From an uncultured virus (IMG/VR IMGVR_UViG_3300006033_000021) (taxonomy: Duplodnaviria > Heunggongvirae > Uroviricota > Caudoviricetes), in IMG/VR virus record IMGVR_UViG_3300006033_000021: a DNA stretch of 64,000 bases; one strand, 5' to 3'. The translations under genes and the position numbers were made by a program. How positions within the stretch are numbered: the stretch's first letter is position 1; each line of letters opens with the position of its first letter. Shown piece after piece: positions 47,801-57,317 of this stretch. The notes below the pieces were generated by a model, which worked only from the letters and a program-made list of their open reading frames with translations, made no database searches and was not told the origin of the DNA.

Positions 47801-48813
47801 AGTGTAGCTGCGTTGGTTGCAAACGCGACTCTTTTATTGCCTAAAGCCCCAACAATAATATTGGCATCACCACCGGCGTCAATAAATGTGTAATTTCTGT
47901 TTCCTGTTAAATCGGCTGAAACCGAGATAGATAAAGTATGGTCAGCAATTAAGTCAGGAAGAGTTACACTAGTCGTTGTAAGTGCTCCACCAAGCTCAAG
48001 ACTATCATCACTTGCTAATACATCGGCGGCCTGTCGATATAGATTGGCATCGGCTCCAAATAGTATTTTTGTGGCACTACCTAATTTGAGTTCGTTTGCG
48101 GCAGCATCATATACAAAATCAGAATCGTCGGTTAGTATTCCGGGCGAAGATACGAATGGGATGCGAGTTGTTGTAAGCTCACCGATTAGAACATCAACAT
48201 CTGCACCCGCATCATTGAAATGATAATCTCTGTTAGCTACCCAATCTGCTGGGATGGAGAATGTCAAATCATGATCGCCACCCGCATCCTGAATATTAAG
48301 GCTAACACCTGTATATAGGAGTTGTCTGAATAAGTCAGCAGCGGCAGCGAAAGCTGTAAAGACGCCACCTGCGACAGTTCCTGTGCCTAGTTTTAATGAG
48401 TTGATTGGTGCAGCATCAATGGTATCATAGGCTATGAAGTTGATGCCATCAATATCTCCTTTAGCCGCCGCCGGAGCACTTGTTGGGCTAAGTTGTATTT
48501 GGGCATATAGGTGCGCATCTGCCGTGGCTACATTGTCAAAATTGATCAATGTATCTACATCAGTATCGAAGACCCAGATTTGATCACTATCATCCTTAAT
48601 GAGCAAACAGGTGGCAGGATAGTAGTTACCAGTCGTTAGATCAACTAGATTGATAGCGCCACCATCGAGTATGCCTTCTTTATTTCCGAAGATTCTATAG
48701 AGAGCCCGAGCAATAGCCATTCTTTGATATATGTCTTGGTTGAAACCAAGCTGATCAACCAGATCATTGGTTTGAGCTACAAGATTCAGGCCAATTCTTG
48801 AACTTAGTGGCAT
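44875..48813 (-). CDS. long tail fibre / receptor-binding protein with nine internal repeats
   Basis: 1312 aa, Ala/Thr/Gly/Asn-rich; nine NLYR-containing units. Confidence 0.8.
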   Translation of the reverse strand: MPLSSRIGLNLVAQTNDLVDQLGFNQDIYQRMAIARALYRIFGNKEGILDGGAINLVDLTTGNYYPATCLLIKDDSDQIWVFDTDVDTLINFDNVATADAHLYAQIQLSPTSAPAAAKGDIDGINFIAYDTIDAAPINSLKLGTGTVAGGVFTAFAAAADLFRQLLYTGVSLNIQDAGGDHDLTFSIPADWVANRDYHFNDAGADVDVLIGELTTTRIPFVSSPGILTDDSDFVYDAAANELKLGSATKILFGADANLYRQAADVLASDDSLELGGALTTTSVTLPDLIADHTLSISVSADLTGNRNYTFIDAGGDANIIVGALGNKRVAFATNAATLTNSANFLFDTISDELQLGAATKINIGTDSNLYRSAAHTLKTDDNLIVALNLSVLGSLKLQEAGGADLLTINSAALGAARTYTIQDAGAAANILVAQTLTATRIPYVSSDGVLTNSANLVFDSVGNELELGTATKILWDIDTNLYRSGADILKTDDAFVANTITTLTNINIQETGGLELITIDAAASGAARTYTIQDAGASGNLLVAQTLTATRIPYVSSDGVLTNSANLAYDSAGNELELGSATKILFGTDANNANLYRSANDTLKTDDKFLVASDLTTLGSLKIQIGLVGGGTDLLTISTAPMVAARTYTLQDAGAAANILVAQTLTTTRVPLVSVDGVLTDSANLIFDANELKLGAATKINIGTDANLYRDSAHVLKTDDSLIVAVDLTALGTLKIQELGGGADLISIVAAASAAPRTYTIQDAGASGNLLVAQTLTATYIPYVSSDGVLTNSANLVFDSVGNELELGSATKILFGTDANSVNLYRSANDTLKTDDDLIVGANATVLGSLKLQEAGGLELLTINSAALGAARTYTLQDAGAAANILVAQTLTATRIPYVSADGVLTNSANLVYDSVGNELELGAATKLLFDVDTNLYRSAANTLKTDGTLIAATALTTLGSLNIQEAGGGVELLTINSAALGAARTYTLQDAGAAGNILVAQTLTATRVPIVSADGILTDSTNFVFSTANNELDLGSATKILFGTDGNSVNLYRSANDTLKTDDSLIVATNATVLGSLKLQESGGGSDLLTFSVAALAAARTYTLQDAGAAANILVAQTLTATRVPLVSADGVLTDSANFIFSTANNELNLGSATKLVIGADTNLYRNDTNILKTDDSLIVAGDLTVIGSLSATFSLNKTVFTPTTIQNIAAATGITAGMIASNTLIRIQGDAAPISITATPNIAAGSDGQMIILEGSNNVNTVTIRDSANLANSGIELSDGIDFVMGVGDTLTLIYNATTSKWNEVNRSNN
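45250..48250 (-). repeat. about nine tandem 333-348-bp coding repeats
   Basis: recurring RTYT(L/I)QDAGA..(L)TATR(I/V)P.VS.DG.LT.SAN...ATKI...NLYRS...LKTDD. Confidence 0.85.
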
Positions 48814-48863
48814 TGCTGTATTTCCCTTATTCGTTCATTAACGCTTTCTTAGAATTCTACCTC

Positions 48864-50588
48864 TTAGTATTTGCTTCGACTTATTTCGTTCCACATATTG
48901 GTGGTACTATTATAGATTAGAGTAATAGTATCACCTGCCTCTAGTTCATAATCAACACCATGGGCCAAATTGAGCCTTGTTCCTACTAGATTAGCTTCGC
49001 TCCTTAGCGTGACAGTTGCTGCACTATTGCTGCCTTCTATAATAACCATTTGACCATCAGCGCCAATAGGGATGGATGGTGTCGCAGTGACAACTACATC
49101 GCCTGCATTTCCTTGTACTCTAATGATTGTGGATGCTTCGATCATAGCGTCAGTGATACCCGTTGCTGCCTCAATATTCTGTATGCTGCTTGCTGCAAAT
49201 GAGGTTTTTGTTGCAATAATTGTTCCTGGTGCGTATACTTGTGACCACGCACTCTCCACTAAACCTGTTGTTTCGCTTTTTCTTACTATAATTCTACCCA
49301 CAAGAACACCATGAGTTTGTATAAGCTGGGGAAGAGTTGCCATTACTGGAGCATTTTCAGTAAGCGCATCCTCAGGCTTTGTATATTGAGCATTACCAAG
49401 GATGTACATCGCGTGAGGGACGCTGCCGATATTCTCATTTGCTCTATAGATCCAGTTTACTACATATTTCCGGTTATCTAATTCGACAAGATTGGTTCCA
49501 TTATCGTAGGAGAGATTATTATATTTGGTAGTAGTCATATTTACTGTTCAGATACCACCAACATGATAGAAAAAACATAATAAGTCAGTTGACGAATCAA
49601 ATTCTTCTATTTGATATCGATGAGCCCCATTCCAGGCGACGCCGGCTGATATTTTCACAACATTGCCTGCGCTTTCGGTTAAGACTAGACCCGACTCCCT
49701 TGCAAATCTAGCAGTTTTAACAAAACGTTGGTGTAGCTTATTAGATAAGCCCAAACCCATTTGATCCCATCCCAGCATAAATAGATAATTACCATTGCGA
49801 TATACTGTTACATATGGTAGAATATTGCTTTCTGTGATTAATTCTACATTGGTAATTACATCAAATATTGGAGAGCCCGAATTATAATTAGCCACTATAT
49901 ATGATGTTTGGGCATTGGGAATAGCATCAAACTCTATTCCAGTAGTTCCGCCTGTCAATACATATCTTTTGGGCTTGCCAATGAAAGTAGTGTTATCATA
50001 TAGGTAAACATTATGATCAACAAGAGTTAAGGTGCCATTCCCATTATCATGGGGTAGAGTAAAATCTTGAAATCCCGCTGAGAAAGCGACAGGTATTTGG
50101 ACGAAGAGGTGAGGGGGTGTTGAAAAGCTAGTAAATAACCCAGCGGCAACAGTTCCTGTTCCAATTTTCATCGCATCAGTTGGTGCGACATCAATGGTAT
50201 CATAGGCGAAGAATTTGACGGAGCTTATATTTCCTTTGGCGGCATTAGGGACGTGAGTGGGATCGATCTCTATAACGGCATAAAGATCAGCGTTAGCAGT
50301 GGCAACATTATCAAAGTTAATGATTTGGGCATCGGTCACATCAAAGAACCATACTTCATCATCGTCATCCAACAATATTAAGCATACCGCAGGATACATA
50401 TTGCCGGCTCCGAGATCGGATAGTGTTGCGGCACCGCCATCGACAATTCCTTGTTGTTGATCGAAAAGGTGATATAGACATCGAGCGAGCGCAATCCGTT
50501 GATAGATATTCTGGTTAAAACCCAACTGATCTACTATATCTTTACTTTGACAAATGAGATTCAATCCCGCCCTAGAGCTTAGTGCCAT
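48864..50588 (-). CDS. tail fibre-like protein interrupted by one in-frame TGA (49548-49550)
   Basis: ORFs 49548-50588 and 48864-49538 are in frame; joined product has the N- and C-terminal domains of the 1312-aa fibre. Confidence 0.7.
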
Positions 50589-50597
50589 GTCAACACC

Positions 50598-52097
50598 TTA
50601 ACCTATCAAGGCGTCACCAACACTGTCTATACCGATATCCCATGCATCTGGTGTTGCCGCGCCTAGTAGACCAGGAGTGACAGGTAGATCTTGTTGCATA
50701 TAAAGACCCCAGAATGTAGGCCATTGGCTCACAGTATTGTTAACTCCGATTCTTACCCAATATCTTTCTATAGCATCCAATGAATCGCTATTGACGGCAG
50801 TGAGATCCGTCTTTTTCCAGTTTCCAGGTTGTGTCCAATAGATAGAACCTGTAACTGCTAGGTTTCTATCGATTTGTGTCGTGCCGCCATAAACTGTGGT
50901 GCATCTATTGGTATTATCAGTAACTGCACCAACTGTCTGCCAAGTATTATCCACCCTTAGGTATTCTACAACGAGGTTAGAAGTCGTGGTTTGTGCTCCG
51001 GTAGCAATGAATTCAGTTGCCGCAGTTAGGTTGCCGCTAAATGTGAGTTCTATCCAATATAGATTGGTCACTCCCGCGCCCGCAAAGGCGTTCACGGCTG
51101 TATCGGCAGTCCAAGCTGCTGGTGCAGCCCAAGTTACAACACCATCTACTGCTAGAGATGCGCCACCATTAGCAGTATTGTCAGTACTAGCTAGCGCCGC
51201 GAAGGCGAGTCCATTCCAGTACTTAGTTGTCATTACAGAGGCAAGAGCATTCGCGGAGTTAATTACGATATTCAAGCCATTGGTCTTTTGTGATAAGCCG
51301 ACATAGATCTTATCTTGTGCTGCAACAAAGGCAGCAAATGCTTGACCTGTACCAGTTAAATCAGCAGTAATATCGGAAAGTACAGCGTTATCAGAGTATA
51401 CGGCTTCTTGTACTGAACCTTGTGCTACGATCATAGCATGATCTAAACTTGCATATAGTCGAGCGAATGGTACTGCCGCCCCAAGATAGATATAGTTGTC
51501 ATTGGCAGATGTATCTGCTAATAATTGAGTAGCATATGCGCGATAAGCATTGCACATTTTCTTAGTGTATTCTGTGAAGTTATTGCCATCATAGGCCCAT
51601 ATGGCTTTTCTTTGAATACCCCATTTCTGTGGAGAAGATAAGACGGATCCACCGTCAGTTGCCTTAACTCTAGCTGTGACTCTTACGGTAAAACCTGTTG
51701 CTTTGTTGAGTGTAACATTTGCTATATAGAAGTGTAGGCACTTGGCGTTTGTCGCATCATAGTATTGAACAGGAGCCGCACCGAGGTTAAGATCAAGCCG
51801 CCAAGTAGGTGAAACACCAAGACCCGAGCTAGCTACATTATTGGCTTCATATAGTGTGAGACGCTCTTTGCCAAGATCGCTTGTGGCTTCTCTATAACCA
51901 GCTCCATCACTCAAAATGCGAAGATCAAGAGTACCTGTTACAGCATTCTCATTCGCTATAACTGTAATATAGGTAATTTCTGCTTTATCAGCAAAATAAG
52001 GTATAGAGAAGTAGATTTCATCGGCGGCGGTCGTCCCAATTGCTTGACTTACGCCTTCGACGATTATCTCTTGCTGAATGTAGCTGTATAGATCCAT
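50598..52097 (-). CDS. virion structural protein (beta-rich)
   Basis: 499 aa; duplicated DNT...G.(V/I).W..P..W and YW(I/V) motifs; heads the fibre operon. Confidence 0.6.
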   Translation of the reverse strand: MDLYSYIQQEIIVEGVSQAIGTTAADEIYFSIPYFADKAEITYITVIANENAVTGTLDLRILSDGAGYREATSDLGKERLTLYEANNVASSGLGVSPTWRLDLNLGAAPVQYYDATNAKCLHFYIANVTLNKATGFTVRVTARVKATDGGSVLSSPQKWGIQRKAIWAYDGNNFTEYTKKMCNAYRAYATQLLADTSANDNYIYLGAAVPFARLYASLDHAMIVAQGSVQEAVYSDNAVLSDITADLTGTGQAFAAFVAAQDKIYVGLSQKTNGLNIVINSANALASVMTTKYWNGLAFAALASTDNTANGGASLAVDGVVTWAAPAAWTADTAVNAFAGAGVTNLYWIELTFSGNLTAATEFIATGAQTTTSNLVVEYLRVDNTWQTVGAVTDNTNRCTTVYGGTTQIDRNLAVTGSIYWTQPGNWKKTDLTAVNSDSLDAIERYWVRIGVNNTVSQWPTFWGLYMQQDLPVTPGLLGAATPDAWDIGIDSVGDALIG

Positions 52098-52162
52098 GGG
52101 TGCTCCTCTTTTTCCTGTTCTACTTGTATTTGTTATTGATCTATCTACTTAGTTCCTGCTAT

Positions 52163-52203
52163 AAAACAAGAACGACACAATCATTCGACTGTGCCGTTCT
52201 TGT
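52163..52203 (-). terminator. intrinsic terminator
   Basis: minus strand ACAAGAACGGCACAGTC-GAAT-GATTGTGTCGTTCTTGT followed by TTT. Confidence 0.75.
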
Positions 52204-52227
52204 CTTGCTTGTTATGAGTAGGAAGAG

Positions 52228-52647
52228 TTATGTCGGGGCGACTTTTACGGTATTTGTAGGTGCTACATTGGATACTGGGGCTACAGGTTCCGCGACTAAT
52301 TTGCCTAACATAGCTAAGTCGTTGACGCTAACCTTGACTCCTGGTAGTGTGTTAATAGAAATAGGCTCAAAATCTAGTGCAACTTCTTCATTGAGCAATC
52401 GATTAAAATCGTCATGAAAATCCTTGCGCTTTGCGTCGGGTACTTCAATCCCGGTCTTACCATTCTCCCCGTATTGTTTGACTAATTCTTGTCTTTTGCG
52501 ATCAATTTCTTGCCAAGCCTCCATGAATGGCTCCACGGTTCGCTTGAAAAGCATCCAGGCAGGTCGAATATCCATGTCGGTACCACAGATCTTGTCGAGA
52601 ACTGACTTCGCGCTCCAAAGTTCGCCAGCTTTAATCATTAGTTTCAT
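52228..52647 (-). CDS. DUF1617-like phage protein
   Basis: KRQELVKQYGE...FNRLLNEEVALDFEPI pattern. Confidence 0.5.
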   Translation of the reverse strand: MKLMIKAGELWSAKSVLDKICGTDMDIRPAWMLFKRTVEPFMEAWQEIDRKRQELVKQYGENGKTGIEVPDAKRKDFHDDFNRLLNEEVALDFEPISINTLPGVKVSVNDLAMLGKLVAEPVAPVSNVAPTNTVKVAPT

Positions 52648-52716
52648 GCGATGTGTCCTTTGATGGGTGTTTTGCCTTACGGCTGATTCTTATTATATGC
52701 CATATCGCTCAATCTA

Positions 52717-54378
52717 TCAAGAGAGTTTTGTTTCAGCCGGTATCCAGCCATATAGCACTGCTTGGTATTGTTTAGCTTGAACGCCGTTGATTTTCTTGGT
52801 CGCTGTACCTTCGGGAATTAAAATAGCATTGGCAGGCAATTTAATCGGGTCTTTACCAAAGATCGGATATAGTAGCGTGCTACCCTCGGGATTAAGGGTG
52901 CCCGCCGGCATCTCAGGCTTATATGATTTGCTAGGGGTGGGTTTCATACTAGATATCCCATCCCCATATTCAGGTAGTACGGGTAGCACAGGAGTTAAAT
53001 CGTTGGCCCATGGTTCTGTTTGCGCTTCTTGAGGATCTACTCCTAAATATGGTGTGGGCTGTTTATCACCTTCATTGGTAATACTATCCTTTATGCGTTT
53101 ATCAATCTGTTCTCGTTCTGCTTGTAGCTTTTCTGCAACAGAGAATTGCTCGCTATTCTTTCGCTTATCGATATCTGCTTGTTGTGCTTCATCGATTAGA
53201 TCCTTAGACTGCGTTGCTGTATTGGGTAGTGCTGCAATCCTTCTTAAGATATTATCGGCATATTCATACTTACCATAATAATCAAGTATCTTAGCGAATT
53301 TCACGAGGCTATCTACTTTAGATTCTTTGTATTGTTGTAGTTTATTATCGATCACAAAACCTGGTATAAAGACCCTAACATATCTTTGATTATTAATGGG
53401 GGCTTTGAAGTAGTCTAGTGGTTCGACCTTAATACCTGTATCTAAACTGAAGGGGCCTTGATTAGTTATCAAGCTTGATGGTGCAGCCAGTGTTTTCAAT
53501 CCCTTAATGTAGCTTGTATCTTGGATTCCCGAGATCCCTAAGTTCTTTCGCTCCTCTAATGGCTGCGTAAAAGCACCCATTGTGCTAGTTGCAGCAGGCA
53601 TAATCGATTGTTGCCAGTTTTGGAATTCTTTTGATTTCTCTAAATTAGTACCTGTCGGTGATAGTAAGGTAAAGTATATTACATTGTCGGTTGCAAATTC
53701 AGATGCCAAGAGTTTAGTTGATGCATCCGTTTTGGTAGCCATAAGGTTAGTAATTACTTTCGATAGTTCACTTCGAATGGCTTCGAGTTTATCTTTTGGA
53801 ATTGTCATTAGGTCATCTGCATATGTGTAAGTCTTAACTTTATTCTTGTCTTCTTTCTCGGATGTTTGAATTACAATCCATCGATCAGTAATACTATAGA
53901 TTGTGGGTAGGGCTGTTTTGAGTATATTTCCAGTAGATAGGTATGCTTTGAGTTGGTCGGCAGGAATTGCTACAGATTTGTAGTTGGCGAATCCAATTCT
54001 AACACCTTGTGGTGCAGATAGTGGAACGCCTGCCTTTGATACTAATGTGAAAGGTCGGCTTTTGGGGAAGAATAGCAGCATGGAGGCCATAGGAAATGCC
54101 ACTTTATCTGTGGCATTGTTGCGGATGACCTTTTTTGCTATGTCTTCATATACCGCTTGAGCAATCATATTTTTGTTGGGAATTTGGCTTGAATCTTCTA
54201 TATATTGTTGTGTTTTTCTGTTTTTGATGCCGATTAAGCCAAATTGGTAATCATAGGTGATGTCATATTCGCCAACTGAGAGTTTGTTGCTCAAATTATC
54301 AACATTTGACAGACGTGTGGCTGCCTTTTGTCTATTGGAAAATATGATGGCTCTATTAGTTGCTACGGGTGTATTCAT
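52717..54378 (-). CDS. putative virion-associated protein
   Basis: 553 aa; internal LVKFAKILDYYGKYEYADNILRRIAA motif; AGGG-N16-GAGAA at 54391-54415. Confidence 0.7.
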   Translation of the reverse strand: MNTPVATNRAIIFSNRQKAATRLSNVDNLSNKLSVGEYDITYDYQFGLIGIKNRKTQQYIEDSSQIPNKNMIAQAVYEDIAKKVIRNNATDKVAFPMASMLLFFPKSRPFTLVSKAGVPLSAPQGVRIGFANYKSVAIPADQLKAYLSTGNILKTALPTIYSITDRWIVIQTSEKEDKNKVKTYTYADDLMTIPKDKLEAIRSELSKVITNLMATKTDASTKLLASEFATDNVIYFTLLSPTGTNLEKSKEFQNWQQSIMPAATSTMGAFTQPLEERKNLGISGIQDTSYIKGLKTLAAPSSLITNQGPFSLDTGIKVEPLDYFKAPINNQRYVRVFIPGFVIDNKLQQYKESKVDSLVKFAKILDYYGKYEYADNILRRIAALPNTATQSKDLIDEAQQADIDKRKNSEQFSVAEKLQAEREQIDKRIKDSITNEGDKQPTPYLGVDPQEAQTEPWANDLTPVLPVLPEYGDGISSMKPTPSKSYKPEMPAGTLNPEGSTLLYPIFGKDPIKLPANAILIPEGTATKKINGVQAKQYQAVLYGWIPAETKLS

Positions 54379-54425
54379 ATCATCTTACCTTTCTCTCAGG
54401 AGACAAGGTTCCCCTACGGGGCCGC

Positions 54426-54454
54426 TTGTGGTTCCTCGCCCGGCGCGCTATAAT
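54426..54454 (+). promoter_or_regulatory. sigma70-type promoter
   Basis: TTGTGG-17-TATAAT with GC-rich spacer. Confidence 0.65.
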
Positions 54455-54473
54455 GACTATAGGAGTCGATCAT

Positions 54474-54863
54474 ATGTCTACCCAGCCCAGCTATGTCGAA
54501 GAGGCATTCATCAATGCCTTCAAGGCAGTCAATTATTGGGATATGCGACTAATACAATTACGAGCCATACAAAAAGAACTCCGATCAAATCAAAGAAATC
54601 AGGATGCTAGCGACACTCTTGCTTGCGCAATCTTGGAAGAAATCAATTATGCATATCGAAGTTTCTTTATGCTCGCAAACTTAGGGGACGATGCCATGAG
54701 GGAAAAGGCTCGGCAAATTGCCTTGGATCGTATTTTGACAGAGGATGATCTAATCATTGCATATCTAAATCCTTTACTCAAATGTCCATCATCGTATGAA
54801 TGTGAAGAGGAAGATCTATTCAGGGCTGAACTTGCGGAAATTCGCGCGAAGCTAAGGAGCTAG
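54474..54863 (+). CDS. hypothetical protein
   Basis: AGGAG RBS before MSTQPS. Confidence 0.65.
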   Translation: MSTQPSYVEEAFINAFKAVNYWDMRLIQLRAIQKELRSNQRNQDASDTLACAILEEINYAYRSFFMLANLGDDAMREKARQIALDRILTEDDLIIAYLNPLLKCPSSYECEEEDLFRAELAEIRAKLRS

Positions 54864-54865
54864 TA

Positions 54866-56122
54866 ATGAAGTATCGACTATTCAATCGAACTGAGAGCCT
54901 ACTCATTGTGCTATGGGGGCTTGGTTTGAGTCTAGGAGTTGCTAAACTTCTGGATTCTGGTGTTAAGGATCAAAAGGTACAAGGCAGTATTCAGTATTGT
55001 GTAGATGTTGATGAGACTCAAGTGAGTTTCAACGCAATCTCTGTCTTGGGGTACGATGCAAAGCTTAATTCTGACGCAGGGCATGGTCTGTATATTGTGG
55101 ATGTGCCCGCGTCGAAAGCTAAGGAATTTAAAGCCAAGCTAGCCAAGCTGCCGCAGATCGAATCAGTTCAAGAGAATAGTCGATTTGTTGTTTTTGGTGT
55201 TCCCAATGATCCAATGTATAAGGATCAGTGGAATTTCAAGATGGTCGATGTAGAGTCTGCATGGAATCAGGATATTACAGGCGAAGATGTTGTAGTGGCT
55301 GTGATTGATACGGGTGTGGCGTTTGAGAAGAAGGGGCGATACCCGCAAGCTAGTGATTTAGTAGGTACACACTATCGGGACGCCAAGGACTTTAGTAACG
55401 ATACTGAGATTGCTTATGACGATCATGGGCATGGTACACATGTCGCAGGTACTATTGCGCAGAAGACCAACAATAATCATGGTGTCGCTGGTCTCGCATA
55501 TGATGCCACTATTATTCCTATCAAGGTGTTAAGCGCTTCAGGTTCAGGAACCTTGGCTGATGTTGCTGATGGTATTTACTATGCCGCTGATAAGGGTGCA
55601 GATGTTATCAATATGAGTCTTGGGTCTTCGCGCGGCGACAAAGCACTAGAAGCAGCTTGTCAGTATGCATTGGAAAAGGGCGTCTTGATTGTTTGTGCCG
55701 CTGGCAATAGTGGTCGCGAAGGCGTTGGATATCCGGCAGCATATCCTTCATGTCTAGCTGTTTCTGCTGTGAGTCCTAATGGTGAAATGACTTTCTATTC
55801 CTCGTGGGGCAGAGAAGTCTTTATCGCTGCGCCGGGTGGTGACACACGTAACTTCGGGAAACTTGGTGGTGTGCTGCAAAATACTGTAGCTGATGGTGTC
55901 GATTCCTTTGAAGCCTGGAATGGTACATCAATGGCTTCACCGCATGTTGCGGGCGCTGCTGCATTGATTATCCAAGCCTATAATGTGAAGCACGGCACAA
56001 AACCATCTGCTGCTAAGGTTCGTGAAATTCTCGCGAATGGCGCTGTTCCCAAGGGGGATCCTAAGAAATTCGGTGCTGGTATTCTGAATATTGCGAAATC
56101 AATAGAAAAGTGCGGTGCATAA
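54866..56122 (+). CDS. S8 subtilisin-like serine protease with signal/TM anchor and prodomain
   Basis: VAVIDTG (Asp), HGTHVAG (His), AAGN (oxyanion), GTSMASPHVAG (Ser). Confidence 0.95.
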   Translation: MKYRLFNRTESLLIVLWGLGLSLGVAKLLDSGVKDQKVQGSIQYCVDVDETQVSFNAISVLGYDAKLNSDAGHGLYIVDVPASKAKEFKAKLAKLPQIESVQENSRFVVFGVPNDPMYKDQWNFKMVDVESAWNQDITGEDVVVAVIDTGVAFEKKGRYPQASDLVGTHYRDAKDFSNDTEIAYDDHGHGTHVAGTIAQKTNNNHGVAGLAYDATIIPIKVLSASGSGTLADVADGIYYAADKGADVINMSLGSSRGDKALEAACQYALEKGVLIVCAAGNSGREGVGYPAAYPSCLAVSAVSPNGEMTFYSSWGREVFIAAPGGDTRNFGKLGGVLQNTVADGVDSFEAWNGTSMASPHVAGAAALIIQAYNVKHGTKPSAAKVREILANGAVPKGDPKKFGAGILNIAKSIEKCGA

Positions 56123-56308
56123 TTGGGTAAGCCACTGGAAGTCTTGCGGACTATGACTACAGTTTCACGGGAAGTCCGCGCCTGGGTATCAGAGTATCGT
56201 AAGCATCGACAAAAAGTCGCTGAAGAGAAGAAGCGTGCCGCTGCCGCTGAAGAAGCAGCTAAGCAGCGCGATCATGTCAGCGATAGTGATTTAGTCGAGG
56301 AGGGTTAA
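56123..56308 (+). CDS. small hypothetical protein
   Basis: fills the gap in the operon; start uncertain. Confidence 0.45.
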   Translation: MGKPLEVLRTMTTVSREVRAWVSEYRKHRQKVAEEKKRAAAAEEAAKQRDHVSDSDLVEEG

Positions 56309-56310
56309 TA

Positions 56311-56766
56311 ATGGACGCTACGCGAATGACACCTGCTGAGCTTAGGGCTTTAGCAGACAAAATAGAAAGAGAAGATGTAGTTATCACTTTGAAAGTTGGC
56401 TATATCAAACATCCTCTATACATCTTTGATGAATCAGTCGCAGATCTAGCGTTCCTTGAATTAACTTCTGAAGAAGATATGTGGCAGAAGCTAATCGATG
56501 GTCGTTACCTACTCAGAATGTATGAGGGTGGGGAGATTTGTCACTATCAGCAAAAAGGTGGTAGGCGATATTGGGAATCCATTCACGGCGAAATTCGTGA
56601 CGCTGATGATGACAAATGGGTTATGGCAAATATCGACAATATTACAGATACCTCAATCTTGGCATCTGATACTGGCGAACTTGAAGCAAGACTGCTTGAA
56701 GCTACGACCAAGCGGCAAGTTAAGCCACTAAATTCGGGTTTCGGTAGTAGAAGAGATCCGAGGTAG
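56311..56766 (+). CDS. hypothetical protein
   Basis: GAGGAGG RBS. Confidence 0.65.
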   Translation: MDATRMTPAELRALADKIEREDVVITLKVGYIKHPLYIFDESVADLAFLELTSEEDMWQKLIDGRYLLRMYEGGEICHYQQKGGRRYWESIHGEIRDADDDKWVMANIDNITDTSILASDTGELEARLLEATTKRQVKPLNSGFGSRRDPR

Positions 56767-56770
56767 GACA

Positions 56771-56986
56771 ATGAAAAAGGCAATTAGAGTCGTTGATGCT
56801 AAATCGGCGCATGGCATGGACAAGAGTTGGAACTTTAACTTAATCACAGGACCTAAGTGGTTTATTGTTTGCGGAGATTGTGAGCAGGAGTTCGTTGCTC
56901 AACTTCCTCTGCGGGATAATCCAACTGTAGTGTGTAAGCATTGCGGTGCCCATAACCGTCTCTCAGTGGTTTTTAAGGGAGTATAA
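56771..56986 (+). CDS. small Zn-ribbon protein
   Basis: CGDC...CKHC. Confidence 0.65.
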   Translation: MKKAIRVVDAKSAHGMDKSWNFNLITGPKWFIVCGDCEQEFVAQLPLRDNPTVVCKHCGAHNRLSVVFKGV

Positions 56987-56987
56987 T

Positions 56988-57317
56988 ATGTCGGATTTCA
57001 TTACGATAGATGTTGAAGGTTGTGCTTTATTTAGAACTGGTCGAGTGAAGTGCAATTTGTACCGTATTGCTGATTTATATGAGAATCAGTTCTCTTCAAC
57101 TCAAGATCCTATGATTCAATTATTGCCCCGAGAAGAAGCGGAATCGATGATACTTCTTTTTGTACCAAAGGGAACTTTAGTAGGATGTTTTGTGGGGGAT
57201 GATTATTTGGGTTGGTTTGATGAGGACGGGCTGATAGAGGGGGCGAATCAGGCGTGGGCAGATGTTTTTCTTGAGGATATTCAGGAATGTGGGGCAGATG
57301 AAGAAGACGACGAATGA
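56988..57317 (+). CDS. hypothetical protein
   Basis: GGGAG RBS; weak resemblance to 56311-56766. Confidence 0.6.
   Translation: MSDFITIDVEGCALFRTGRVKCNLYRIADLYENQFSSTQDPMIQLLPREEAESMILLFVPKGTLVGCFVGDDYLGWFDEDGLIEGANQAWADVFLEDIQECGADEEDDE

Noticed and set aside
45250..48250. CRISPR array or DGR template/variable repeat
   Set aside because: Repeats are about 340-bp in-frame coding units without spacers; differences are not adenine-specific by eye and no reverse transcriptase is present.
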